A stretch of 64,000 nucleotides of DNA from Lama guanicoe (lineage: Eukaryota): positions 1,242,001-1,306,000 of the forward strand of contig MU054338.1 in the NCBI GenBank assembly GCA_013239625.1. The letters are read 5' to 3'. A model generated the notes under the pieces. It did no database searches, was not told the DNA's origin, and saw only the letters and a list, made by a program, of their open reading frames with translations. Within the stretch, counting starts at the first letter, position 1; each line of letters opens with the position of its first letter. Shown here one piece after another: positions 1-22,114 of this stretch. The position numbers and the translations under genes were made by a program.

Positions 1-432
1 GGCAGCTGGAACCTACTTCACCTGGACTCAGGAGAGCTGCGAATACCTGGGAGTTCTGTCCAATGACTGGCAGGTGTGGGGTACAAATGCCCCAGCTCCC
101 TTGCCTCAGATGGGACAACTGAGATGTGACCCTCAATGCTTCCAGATTTCCAACAGGGGACCTTGTCTGATAGCCCCGGGGCACGGATAATTCTTGGTTA
201 TGGGTGGGAAGGCATCCTGGGCACTGTAGGGTATTGGAGCAGAATCCCCGGACCCCACCCAATCGATGCCAGGAGCCCCACAAAGTCGTGACAACCACAG
301 ACGTCCCCAGAGGTCACCCAGTGTTTCCTGAGTCAGAATTACCCTATTGGATTTTCCCAGGAAATTCTAATTAACTGCCTTCCCAGAAATCTGTGTCTCA
401 GGGTCTGCTTCTGGGAAACCTGGACCAAAAGA
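1..432 (+). mobile_element. LTR16-like (ERVL) LTR relic interrupted by a MER20 (~175-347)
   Basis: gcccagctcccttgcctcag..gggacaa and terminal tctcagggtctgcttctggg resemble LTR16; the central block matches the other MER20 copies. Confidence 0.6.
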
Positions 433-679
433 AAGACAGCAAGGGGAAAAAATAGAATTGAGAGCCTACAGCTTTCCAAATACACAGAAGGGCCTGTGAG
501 GGTCACAGAGTGATGTGTCTGATTAACACACTTTTTTTTTTTTTGCGACTCAACTGAGCAAATTCTTTCCTACATCGAAGGTATTCTAGAGATTAGCCCA
601 ATGACCTAACGTTTTATAAGCTTCAAGGCTGACGGTTATAATCCAGGGACGTTGGCCAGGAATGGGTATTCAACAAGCT

Positions 680-714
680 GGAAGATTCTAGAACGTTCTG
701 GAATGTTCCAGAAG
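680..714. promoter_or_regulatory. Perfect 7-unit heat-shock element (HSF binding site)
   Basis: gGAAg aTTCt aGAAc gTTCt gGAAt gTTCc aGAAg: seven contiguous alternating nGAAn pentamers. Confidence 0.85.
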
Positions 715-849
715 ACCCTTATGCCCTGCTCAGGAAGGACGATGTAGCTCGCAGGAGCCCTTGTAAAATGAGTGGTGGCACCTGAACCGAAGCGGCTGGG
801 ATCCTGCCTCTGTCCCTCCACCGTGCTCAAACCTGCGATCTCTCAGGAC

Positions 850-1740
850 TCGGAAAACCCAACGCCCTCCACGTAATGGGGCTCTGTCTTGACGAGCCCC
901 AGTGCTGAGGTCCAGCAGCAGCTGCGTGGAAGGCTTGGGTCGTGAGGTCTCTGTGCCCGCGTCTCGGGGAGCGGACCGCTTGGCCCGCGCTACCGGGGAC
1001 ACGGACTGGGCCGGCTCCGCAGGCCTGGCGAGGCGGCGCCCGGGCCGGGGGCGCGCGCCGCCACCATCAGCAGCGACGGTGGCTTCTGTGTCCTGTCCTC
1101 GACGGCGTCTGAAACGAGCGGGTCTCTCCATTAGGGTTCAGGGGAAACTCCCTTCCACTCAGCTCCTGCCTCGCGGGTGACATGGGGGGCCGCTCCTCCG
1201 CGCCGCTGCGAGCGTGAAGGAGCCGGCGGTGCGGGGCCCCGCCCCCGCCCACGCGTGCCCTCCCCGTGGCTCCCCCTGTTCCTCAAGCGCTGCCGCCAAG
1301 CCCCCGTCTCTGGCGGGCTCCCGCCCCCAGCCCGCAGCCCTCAGGAGCCCGCCTGCCAAGTGCAGCCGCGTCGGCTCTCCCAGGAAACCTCGCCAAGGGG
1401 ACCGTCGTGGCTCCCCCGACCTCTGCCACCTCCCTGCTTCCAACCCGCAGCGCCTCCCGCTCCCGGACTGTCCTTCTGGGGGAGAAGCCCAGCCAGGGGA
1501 GGCCGCAGACGCGGGACGCGCCCAACCGGGGAGGCGGAGCAAGCGAGACCAGACAAGCTCTCCAGGGGCGAGCCTCCGAGTGACCTCACCTGCCGCACCC
1601 GGGCTCCGAGGCCTGCTTGTGCCCTGGGCGGCGGGAGGAGGACTCCTCTGGGGGCAGAGACCGCTGCGCTGGCGTGGGACGGGGACCCCCGCTCCCGGTT
1701 ATCGTGGCCGCCGCCGCCATCTATTCACTTAGGATTTTTT
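850..1740. promoter_or_regulatory. Orphan CpG island with promoter motifs
   Basis: CpG-dense; GC boxes at ~1236-1254; YY1-like gccgccatct at ~1713-1722; no coding gene in the window starts here. Confidence 0.7.
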
Positions 1741-4700
1741 TAAGCCCCTAGTACAACTGTATTTTCCATGCGTTCATTCCGGGACATCCAGTCGTTCTGG
1801 ATCTATAGCAAACGCAAGATGTTACTTCTTCTGTGATCAAAAGGTAGGCAGAGGGGAGGGGGCAGGGAGGCAGGTGGGCAGAGGAGACCTGAGCATCAGG
1901 GAAAGAAGGTCAGAGAGCCTGGCTTGCCTGTGGACACATCCGCTCTCTGCCTGTGGGCAGGTGACCTGGCAGGGCTGTGTTTCCCCATCTGAGACTGCCC
2001 CCATCCTGTTGGGATGCCCCGAGCTCCCCCCGGGCCCCAAATGCAGGGGTTAGGGGCTCAGCGCTCCCACTGGGTCTTTTTCCCCTACTTCCACAACTTG
2101 CTGTAGGGTGGGGGTCCCGGAGTATGTTCCCCCGGGTGGCTGTCACGGGCTGTGAAACCCTAAGGATTTTCTCCAGCCAGGGATGAAGGTGCAGGGGGCC
2201 CCCCCTCTCCCAGTCCTACGTGCCCTGTCCCATTTTACAGTTGGGTCTACTGAGGCCCAGGGGAGGGCAAACCCAGTCTCACATAGGGATTAGAAGGCCT
2301 GGTGGGACCACCTATCCAGAGACCCCACTCACTCAGCCTGTCCCACCATGAGCATTAATTGAGCGCCCACTGTATGCCCAGACTCAGAACAAACCGAGGC
2401 TCAACCAAGGACTCAGAGTGAAACCAGCAAAAACGCAGAGACCTGGCCCCTTCGCCTGAAAGGGGGAGGGTGTGTGACCTCCCTTCTCCAATGGGGGAGC
2501 CAGCAGTGCCCCCCACTACCAGGCTGCACAAATGTCAATAAAATGGAAATGAAGTAAGTGAAGCATTCTGTTCCCCACCTGCACTGGCCACATTTCACCT
2601 GCTCACTAGCCGCGTGTGGCTGGCAGCTGACAGATGAGCATGTTCACTGAAGATGGTTCGACCCGTCCAGTCTGATGCCTTCTATTTCCACGTGCGAACG
2701 GGGCGGGCAAGGGGTCTTGCCCCTGGAAAGCATGCACTATTTTGCTTTGAGATCAGAGGGGTGTTGGCAGGAGGCACTGCACACACACACATGGACATGG
2801 AAACAAGACAAAGTGGTGATGTCCTCATGAGCAAAACCTGGAACCCCCCTGTGACATTGTAACTGACTTTTGCAAAATGTTACCACTGGGGAAAATGTTA
2901 CTTCTTATAACTGTTGTGAATCTACAGTCATCCTAGTAAAAATTCTAAGCACAAAATATCTTGATGACCAAGTTCTGGGGCTCCCCGTTCAATTTCACAC
3001 CCAGAGGAGGACCCAGCTCACCTCTCCTTGGTCCCCGCCCAGATGTGGAGTGGTGGTGGGCTGGTTTTCGCCATCAGGTGCCTGCATCGGGCCCCCAGTG
3101 AAGGGATAAGCCATCCAGGAGACGTGGACCATGGTGGACAATGGAAGATCAGAGGCTGGACAGGGGTGATTCACGGAGCTGATGATCTTGGGTGGGGAGG
3201 GACCAGGGCTCCACCCTACAGCCTCTGTGTGGCCCCTGCACCTGCGGGGTGGGTGCCCCTTTGAATGTGCAGATAAAATGCTGGCAAGAGGGTGGCGTCC
3301 CTGTTTGTGAATCTGTGCTGGGGACTTGCTAACCAGACGCTCTCCCCAGTCAAGGGTGCAGCCAAGGATGCAGTGCTGGGCAAGACCCCTCTTGCTGGTG
3401 TCTGAGCCTTCTGCTGCCTCCTGGAGGATCACAAAAGGGAAAACAAGGCAGGGGAAAGCTGGAGCTGGCACTGGCAGATGTGACAGAAACCCCATAGCAT
3501 CTCCCCAAAGCTGCCTACAAACCCCAAAACCCACAGGCCAGGGAGCACAATGCCTGTTTGACAGAGGGGACGAACGCCACCAAGTGCAGGGACTGGATGG
3601 GGTACAGGATGAAGCCAGGGCTGCAGGTTCCAGTTGCCCGTCCGAATCCCAGAGGCAAGCAGGTCCGGTAGGGCAGATTTCCATCCTCACACAGGTTCCT
3701 GCCCCAAGAATCCAGCCCTCCTTCCCCGCTCCCTCCTCAGCTCACCGGATCTGGGCTTCAACGAATGAGGTAAGTCCTTCCTCACGTCTGACTGGATTTC
3801 ATCATGCTTCACTTTAAACCAGTTTCTCCTCCTTGTAGGCGAGTCCAAGACCATGACAGGCTGCGGCTTCCTGAGACGGGACAATGAAGGAGGGTGTGAG
3901 ATGGGGCCCATGGGGAGGCCTTGGTATGTGACTAGTGACAATGGCAGCCCTAAGGTCTGGGGAGGAGACACCAGTGCTGGGGATAAATCACCCCTCCACA
4001 CATTTATTGAGCACTTTCTGTGTACCAGACCCAACACAGACTCGGTCCGGGCATCTTTTTCATTCTTGCTGAGGTGAAATTCACAGAACATGAAACTCAC
4101 CCACTTAAAACGAACACGTCAGCATTTAGTCCATTCGCAGAGCTATGTAACCATCACTTCTTTTTCCAGAACATTCCATTGCCCCAAAAAGAAACCCGGG
4201 ACCCAGCAGCAGTCACCCCCACCTCCTCCCCAGCCCCTGACAAACACAAATCCACTGTTTCTGTGGATTTGTCTGTTCTGGACGTTTCACATAAATGGGA
4301 TCACACACCATGTGGCCTTCTGTGTCTGACTTATTTCTCTATTTTTTGAATAAAATTTAAACAGTTTTAGGTTTACAAAAACATTTCAGAGATAATACAG
4401 AGTTTCCATCTAGTGGCCCTGGTTTCCCCTACTCTTAGCAACGCAGATTAGTGTGTTTGTGGCCGTTTTATGGGGGGGCGATGGGGGCAGCTCCCCGAAT
4501 CACAGATGTGATTTGTTGTGATCCCAGGGTGACAGATCCAGTTTACCGAGGCGCAGACGGGCAGCCACAGTGGCCAGCCTGGGAAAGGCTCCCAGCCCCT
4601 CCAGTTCTGGGATCTTCCTGCCACTCCTGCGGGAGACGTGGAAGGGGCGGGATCGGCCAAGAGGAAACCGCAGACATCAAACGTCCAGCAGCAGCGTCGA

Positions 4701-6335
4701 GAACAGGCTGTGCCTGGAGGCTGGGACTTGGCAGGTGGCAGGGAGCAGGCAGAGGTCAGTGGCGCAGCCTAGCAGGGCTGGGCAGGGCTCAGTGCCACCT
4801 GGAAGGACAGTGGCTTGGCACACCCATCCTATTCCCCCTACATGTGCCAGGCTGCGTGAGGGACAGGAGACGGGGCCTCTGGGGGGACCTGGAGGGGGCC
4901 GAGACCCTGGCCAGGGCTGGGTAGCTGTGAGGTCTGAGAGGAGGGCTCTCAGGGCCAGGTGAACAAAGAGGGGCAGGACCAGGCTCCAGTGTCCCTGAAG
5001 GTTTTTCTTGAAGGGCCGGGGAGTGGGGAGGGTGTGCCACGTGCGAGCCTGGTTCCTAGGCAGGAGAGGGGATCCTAGAGCCCACATCTTGCTAGGAGGC
5101 CTTTCTGACAGCCTGGAGAGCCCTCCTGCATTCACCCCCTGCAACGTGCAGGCTGTCCCCAAGGGCTAGCAGGGATTTCCTAACTGCCCAGCATCTGTCT
5201 GTTCTGTGACCTCCCCGCCACCACCCTCACCAGGCCCATCATCCCTCACTGGGCTGGTTGTAAGGGTGACAATGGCTCACTGGGTCCTTTGGGCCCCATG
5301 CCCACACTCCACGCATCCGATGGGGTCTGTGCCCGGCTTACACTCCTTCTGTGGGTGTCCACCCAGGAGTAATGAAACCAAGTCCACACAAATCTACACA
5401 GATGTTCACAGCAGCACAACTCACAACCCTCCAAAGGGGGAACCTCAGTGTCCACCGCTGGGTGATGGATAAACACAATATTGTCCATACAATGGAGTAT
5501 TACTCAGCCACGAAGAGGAGTGAGGCACTGGCACACGCTGCAACGCCGACGGACCTTGAGGACATGATGCTCAGTGAGAGAAGCCACACAGGTAAGGCTC
5601 TGAGGCTGACCCTGGACTGGCCTGCTCCCTATCCCCGGCCCTGCAGAGGTGATGTCATCTGCTTCTTTCTTGCCCTTCTCACTGTGCTTCTTGTCTCCTC
5701 ACCTGGCTTCCCTCGGATACCTGCTTGTTAGATGATGAATCAGTCTGGAAGAGACTGGGATTCCTTCCCGGGCTGCTGTCCTTAACCACTGGGCTTCATT
5801 TCCCCCTCTTTGGCTTCCACCTCCAGGAAGCCCTCCCTGATCCACTCTCCCTCCCCCTTCCCCCAACAAGGGGCAGGTTTGAACTACTGGGTTTCATGCA
5901 ATTACATTGTGTTGTCCAAAGGTGCCCCTCCCCTACCAAAAGCTGGTCTCCTGCCTCCCCTTGGATCTGGGACAGCTGGATGCTTGACCCTGTCTAACCC
6001 TGGCCATCGGGAGGTGACGCAGGAAGGCTTCCGAGGCCAGGACGCTCAGATCTATCCATCACGTTGTGAGGCAGCCCAAGCCACACAGAAGACCACATGA
6101 GGGCACCTGGCCCTGGGTCCGGCTGAGCCAGCCCTGGCGCCTGCCCAGCCCACACCTGTGGGAGATGAGCCTTCCCAGCTGAGGACCCAGGTGTCTTGGA
6201 GCAAAGCCCACCCATGCCCTCTCTGAATTCCTGACTCACAGCATCAATGGGATGACAGAATGATTTGGAGCCACTAGGTTTGGGGTGAGGCAGCTGCCTA
6301 GCAGGACGCCGGCACAAAAACAAGTTTTTATGACT

Positions 6336-6341
6336 TTTATT
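6336..6341 (-). terminator. MKNK2: MKNK2 polyadenylation signal AATAAA (3'UTR ~6320-8176)
   Basis: tttatt on plus strand; U/GU-rich sequence follows on the minus strand. Confidence 0.8.
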
Positions 6342-6565
6342 AAATCCTTACAAAACAGAATACAAAATTCCGGCATTGACAGTTGGTGTAAAGAAAAACT
6401 TTTGAGCTGTATCAGTTCACCTGGTACAGTGGAGTTAAAGTGCTTGGATGTTTTTCCCCCACTTTAAAAAAATTTAAGTTTTTTTTGTTTTTTTCACACG
6501 TTAACATTGAAACACTGCTGTTCCCCCCTTCCCCCAGCGCCAGAGCAGCCTGGGACCCAGGCCAC

Positions 6566-6641
6566 TCATTCACAGTAACGGTTCTGACCAGTCCTCCAGC
6601 TGCACTGTCCATGTGACAGGGGGAGGAAGTGGCTGTCCCAC
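6566..6641 (-). other. MKNK2: Equivalent of alternative terminal exon 14b (MNK2b), frameshifted relative to human
   Basis: Poly-T tract plus CAAAG| acceptor, then (R)WDSHFLPLSHGQCSWRTGQNRYCE*; GGLVRTVTVNE appears in an adjacent frame. Confidence 0.7.
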
Positions 6642-8176
6642 CTTTGAAAAAAAAAAAGCTGCTCACAGCTCAGCATTCCCCAGTAAAATGGCCACGGCGC
6701 CTGAAGTGGGCGAGAGTCCATTTGTTTTTTATAAAAAGGCAGAATCCCCAGTTGCAAAATGTGGAATCACCGATGGGCGAGAAGTGATGGGGTGGGCGGC
6801 CTCTCCACCCCCGGAGTCTTTGGAAAGGCCAGTCCACAGATCCGGGCGGACGGGGCGGGGAGGAGGCGGCGGCCCCCCACCAACCACCACGGACTGCAAT
6901 GAGACTTGGGGGGCCCCAGAGACGGCGTCCGAGACCCCCACGCCTCAGGAACCTCCCCCCCACATTCAAGTATTCTTCGAAAACAGGGAAAGGATGTCAA
7001 CTGATGTTTTAGAAAACTAACGAAACAGGACAACCAACCAGAAGCCAGAGGGCTGTCCGGGCGGCTGCCCGCGAGGCCGGCCCAGACCCCCGCACGCCCC
7101 GGCGGCAGAAGCAAGTGTGCACGTAGAAAACGAAGCCTGTATTGCATAGTGTCTCCCGCCCGAGGCCGAAGGGCGCCAGAGCCTCCCCGAGCACGGCGGT
7201 TCACGCGGCGTCCGACTGCGGCGCGGGCGGGCGGAAGGGGCGGTTTTCCTGAAGGTGGGCGGGGCAGGAGCGCCGCCCGACGGGGGGGATTCCGCGAGAC
7301 CCGGGGTGGGGGGCTGACAGAGCTTCCGCGCCAGACCCGAGGAGCGACGGGGCAGGACGTGGCCGTGGTCAGACTGAGCCCTGAGAAGGGGCACTCGGGT
7401 GCCCGGGCGGGGGTCCACGGGACCCCCGCGTTGGCCGACGGGCGCCCGCCCAGCCCCCCCCTCCTGGAGCCACCCTCCCAGGCGGGCGGTCCTGGGGGAG
7501 AGGCCGGGGGAGGGGCCGTCAGCTGCAGCTTAAGGTCAAGGTTCGAGGGAGCCCCCAGTGGCCGTCGGCAGGGCGTCCAGTGGGCGGCGGCCATCCTGCC
7601 GCCCGCACCCAGGCTCCACTCCCGCGACAGGGGAGACCTGAGAAGCCCCCGCCCTGCCACCAGGGTGTCGGTGGGGAAGGAAGGAGCGACCGTCTCATCA
7701 AGGGGAGGTGGGGGTCAACCTGTCCCTGAAAACACTGTGCGGGCTGGGGAGGGGGCGGGCGGTCCGGCCCGGCCCTGGCCCCGGAAGACGGCTACGCACT
7801 CCTCCCCTGAGGCCCGCGGGCGGCGCGGAGGGGCCTTCACAGTACCCGGCAGGCCGGCCCGGGGGCGGCGGCGGCGGGAGGGCGCCCACCCAGCCGCACG
7901 CCGCTCCGCTCTCCTCCCCGGGCGCCGGCTTTGCTTTTAACACCATTAAAAGAAAAAAAGGAGGGTGGGGTGGGAAACAGAAGAAAAAAAAAAAAAGAAA
8001 GAAAAACCCAACAGCAAAAACCTTATATAAAAAGATCCCCCCCAGCTGAGCTTATTAGCGCCTCGGAATCCAGCCTGGGGGAGGGCAGCCCGCTGGTCAC
8101 CCGCGGGCAATAGCTTAAAAAAACCTTTAGATTTGACGGGGGGAGGGGCGGCCTATGTACAGAGGGAAGGAGGGCG

Positions 8177-17961
<9,785 letters not shown>

Positions 17962-18192
17962 CTTCTGTCCGGGCCCCGCCAGCGGGGGAGGGGACGCGGG
18001 GCCCGGGGGGCGGCCCGTTGGCGGGGGGCGGCCGGGGAGGGGACCCTGTGGGCGGGAGCAGACAAAGGAGGGCGTTGAGTGGCCGAGGCCGGCGCGCTGG
18101 GAGTCCAAGCCAGGACCGCCAGGCTCCGTGGGGCCCGATCCCTGCGCCAGGGTCCGGGCCGGGCCAGGCCGGGGTCGCGGGGCCGCACTCAC

Positions 18193-18620
18193 CGGGGTCG
18201 GGCTCGGGCTGGGGCCGCAGTGCCACCGCCCGAGACGCGCAGCCCGGACCCCGCTGCGCGGACCGCGCGGGGAACAGCAGCGCCGCCACCGCCGCCGATG
18301 CCACCGCCGCCACCGCGGACTCCCCCGCCAGGGCCGCCACCGCCGAGAGGAGCCGGGCGCGCCGCGTCGCCGCCGCCTTTATAGGCCGGCTCGGCCCCGC
18401 CCCGACGCAGACCCCGCCCCTCAGGGCTCCGCCCACGCGCGCTCGGCGGAGGCGGGGCTGGAAGGCCGCTCTAGCCGCGGGGCGTGTCTGTGCGCCTGCG
18501 CTGTGCGATGCGCGGGGCTCGGCGCGCTGGGCCACGGAGGGATCCTGGCTGGCGCGGGCGGGGCTGCCGGAGGCTCGGGGAGGCCTGCAGGAGCCTGGCA
18601 TTGAGCCGGAGCCCGGCCCT
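18193..18620 (-). promoter_or_regulatory. MKNK2: MKNK2 promoter and non-coding exon 1 in a CpG island (~17750-18700)
   Basis: TATAAA on minus strand at 18378-18383 with GC boxes upstream; donor CCG|GTGAGT at 18193/18192; exon 2 acceptor at 18045; dense CpG. Confidence 0.85.
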
Positions 18621-20569
18621 GCCCTCTGGCAACAACCCGAGTCAGTCGGCCGGGGCCTAGGAAACACGACTCCTTTGGGCGACGCCCCTGGTCTAGAACC
18701 TGCCATGGCTCCCTCATTCATCTCTCTGCTTTAGGTTCTGCCATGGCTCTCTCTCCTTTCAACTCCCCAATCCTGGCCCCAGCTGTCTTGCAGGCGCACC
18801 CCAACAGGCTTAGAGGCCCAGCTGCCTTCCCAGTTTGCTCCCGAAGAGTTCACCCGATTGTTGGACGGAAAAGGGGGCTACAGTAGGGGGTAGGGACTGA
18901 GATCTGTGAAGGACCGTCCCTCAGTGCTGCAAATGAGCATTTCCACTGACTGATGGAGAAAAAGCCTGAGGGATGGGGGCTACTAGGACAGGAGGCAAAA
19001 CAGCCCCGTTTCGGCTTCGGCCCCTGATCCTGGCTCTGAGAGAATCAGCAAACTTCTTGTCCCCGCAGCCTGGTGGTGCATGGTCCTCAGACCCGGTGTC
19101 TAGACACTTAGGCATGCAGAGTGGACTGTCCTCCCTCCCATCCAGGCCCCAGCCTGTCCTTCCAGAGGCTTCCTACCACCCACTCCCAATTGTCCTCCAA
19201 CCAGGCCTGAGCTGGATTGTTCCCTCCTCTGTAAGTCTGCCTCTGTGTGCTATCCCCCAAGGCCACAGCTCAGGCCACAGGAACTGTGAGGCCTGACTTC
19301 AGCTAGCTCCAGAGGAGGGACCCACAGGGAAGCCCCAGCCAGCCCCTGCCTTCCCCTGCCTGGTATGTGTGTGTGAACACACGTTGGCTCCAGGTGCCTG
19401 GTGTGGGGCTGCTAGACCTGCCTGCCCAGGGCAAGCCTCAGGCTCCCTCCTCCTCACCCCTAGCCATTTCCTCACCTGACTGTCGCCTCCCACCCATGCC
19501 TCTGGAGCCAGGGCCCTCTCTGGTGTGCACCGTCACCTGCAGGTCTTCGTGTGCTTCTGGATGGTGAGAGTGGGGACAGATGGGCCACTGCCCCACCCCA
19601 GAAGCCCAGCTCTGAGAAAGCCCAGAACCTCCCACTGCTGATCCAATACCCAGTACAGGGCCTTGCACACACACAGGAAACGCTCACTGAATGTTGCTGC
19701 AGAGAAAGGATGTCTTTAAGCGTGTGTGCATGTCTGTGCGCACGCATATAGGGGTTGTGTGAGTGTATGAGCTTCCTGAGGCTGCCTCTGGAGCCCAGAC
19801 ATCTGAAATCAAGGTGTCAGCAAGGCCACACCCTTTCTGAAGCCTGTAGAGGAGGCTCCTTCCTGCTTCTTCAAGCTCCTGGTGGTTCCTGGTAATCCCT
19901 GGTGCTCCTTGACTGAGAGCTCCATCGCCCCATCCAGCATCGTCTTCAAGTGGCCATCTGTGCTCTTGTCTCCAGCGGTCTCTCCTCTCTTGTCAGGATA
20001 CCCATCACTGCCTTAAAGCCATTGTAATCCAGTGCAACCTCATCTTAATTTGATTACACCTACAAAGACCTTATTTACAGAAATACGGAAATGTTCCATT
20101 CACAGGTCCCAGGGGTTGGCACACAGACACATATTTCTGGAGGAAACAGTGCAGCCTAGACAGTAAGGGAAACCATTTTCTGGCGTGTGATGGGGACGCA
20201 TCCGTCTCCTGGCACGGGCGTCCAGCGCAGTCCTCCTGTGTGGACCCTGGTGGGGTTGCCAGTCATGCTGACCTTGAGGAACAGAAATGAACTGTAATCT
20301 TGGCCCAGGGGCAATCTTTCTAGGCCTAGCCAAGCTCAAGTCATTGGTAGCCTGATTAGGATCTCGGCCATTGGGGGCAGATTTGTTCCCAAAGCCAGAA
20401 GCCGGGCCCAGCCCCGGGCTCTGGTCAGAGGGGCTGCCTTACCCTCTGAAGCCCCAGCAGGTGGTCTCTTCTTGGGCCCCGTGTTGCAGGTGGAGAAACA
20501 GGGAGCTGAGACGTGGGGAGATGGCCCTGCCTCTGTGGTCCTTCCTCCCACTTCTCACCTTCAGCCCTG

Positions 20570-20735
20570 CTGACACCTAGGGGGGGTCCTGGGCACTGTG
20601 GGGAGTTGAGCACCACCCCTGCCCCCACCCAATGCCAGGAGCCCCCGAAGTCGTGACAACCACAGATGTCTCCAGACATTGCCCAGTGTCTCGGAAGGGG
20701 ACAGGATCACCTCCCGGGTGGGAACCACTATTTCT
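20570..20735 (-). mobile_element. MER20-like hAT DNA transposon relic
   Basis: gtcgtgacaaccacagatgtctccagacattgccc core; related copies at ~175-347, ~27655-27790, ~42980-43100. Confidence 0.7.
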
Positions 20736-22114
20736 GTGCACAGGGTGAGCCAAGTCCTGCAAGCCCCCACCCTGTGCGTGAGGAGGGTGGTCGCCAAGGG
20801 GGCACTTGTGTGAGTGCTAGGAGGGGTTTTGGTGCACACATGGGCCCTCCAACATGGGTGGGGCCATGCATGGGTGTGCACACACGTGGGCTTCTGTGCT
20901 GGTAACATGATTGCTTGCACGTGTGTGTCCACGGGCGCATACAGTTGACACACAACCCCCAGAACAGGACAGGCTGCATACCCCTAGGTGCACCTGCGAC
21001 CCCAGAGCCCTAGGATTGGCCTGGGTTGTGGGCAACTGTGGGCCAGGCTCAGCCCCAGCCCCTCCTGCACTGGGGGCGGGGAGTGGGGGAGGGACCTCTG
21101 TGCTTAGCCTGTGGCTCTCTGGCCTTAGCCCTGTCCAGCTGCAGGCTGATTTCTGTCATCTTCCTCGAGGGCAGCCCTATTTACAGCCCAAGCTCTCAGA
21201 AGTGCTGGGCATGTGGTAGCTGGGAGGTACAGGGGTCTGGCCACTCTGCCCACCTCACCTGGGCCCCCAGCAGTCTTGTCTGCCTCTGGGAGGGAGACCC
21301 CTCCTGCTCCAGGCAGGGAGGGACCTGCCAAGCAGGTGAAGCAGAAAACCTGGCCCCTGGCCCCCACTCCTCCTGCCTGCTGGGTTTCTCCATCTTTCTA
21401 AAGCACAGTCAGGGCTGCGGCAGTGACAGTCAGCTGGGGGCAGGTGCAGTGGGGCAAAGGACAGACACAGAGCTGGTGGGCAGGACAGGCAGGGTCCAGG
21501 ACAAGGATATTCCCCCACCCAAAGGATGCCAGGGGAGGTGGCCAGCCCGGGATGCAGGCTCAGGATTGCCCTGGGGGCCCGGAGTCAGGAGGCACTGGCC
21601 TGAAAAAGGAGGACCAGCAGGAAATGAGGTGGCGGCGGGTTCCCTGGCTCCAGGGCCCTTCCCTCCCCTCCCTGCTGCAGCTCTACACCTAATTCCCTTG
21701 TGGCACCCTAGGGGGAGAGGAAGAGAGGAGTTCTGGCCCCCATCTCCTGCCCCAGTTACAGAGGGGGCGTGGCTAGCCTTCGGCCAAGGTGTAGGAAGTC
21801 AGCTCTCTCAGAGGTGCCCCGTCCAGTTCCTGAGACTCTTGGCCGATGTTGTATGTGGGGTCTCCCCCAAACCCCAGAGAAGACACCAGGCATGTCCTGA
21901 CTCTGAGCCCCAGGGCCTCTGCCTCCCTCTGCCTCTGAGGAGCCAGGAGGATTCCGGCTGGCTAAATGGGTGGTGTCTACTGTGACCACCTCCTCCTCTG
22001 CCTGGCCGGGCAGCCGGAGCCCTGGGACCCTGGGGGCTCAGCTGTGCGGAGCTCACCTCCTGGGCAGCATCCAAGGGGCCCCAGGACAGCTCGGGGCCTC
22101 CAAGTCCTGCATGC

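Noticed and set aside
4402..4418. CTCF-like motifs (also ~13434, ~25545, ~58424)
   Set aside because: Partial matches are frequent in GC-rich DNA and cannot be supported without ChIP or conservation.
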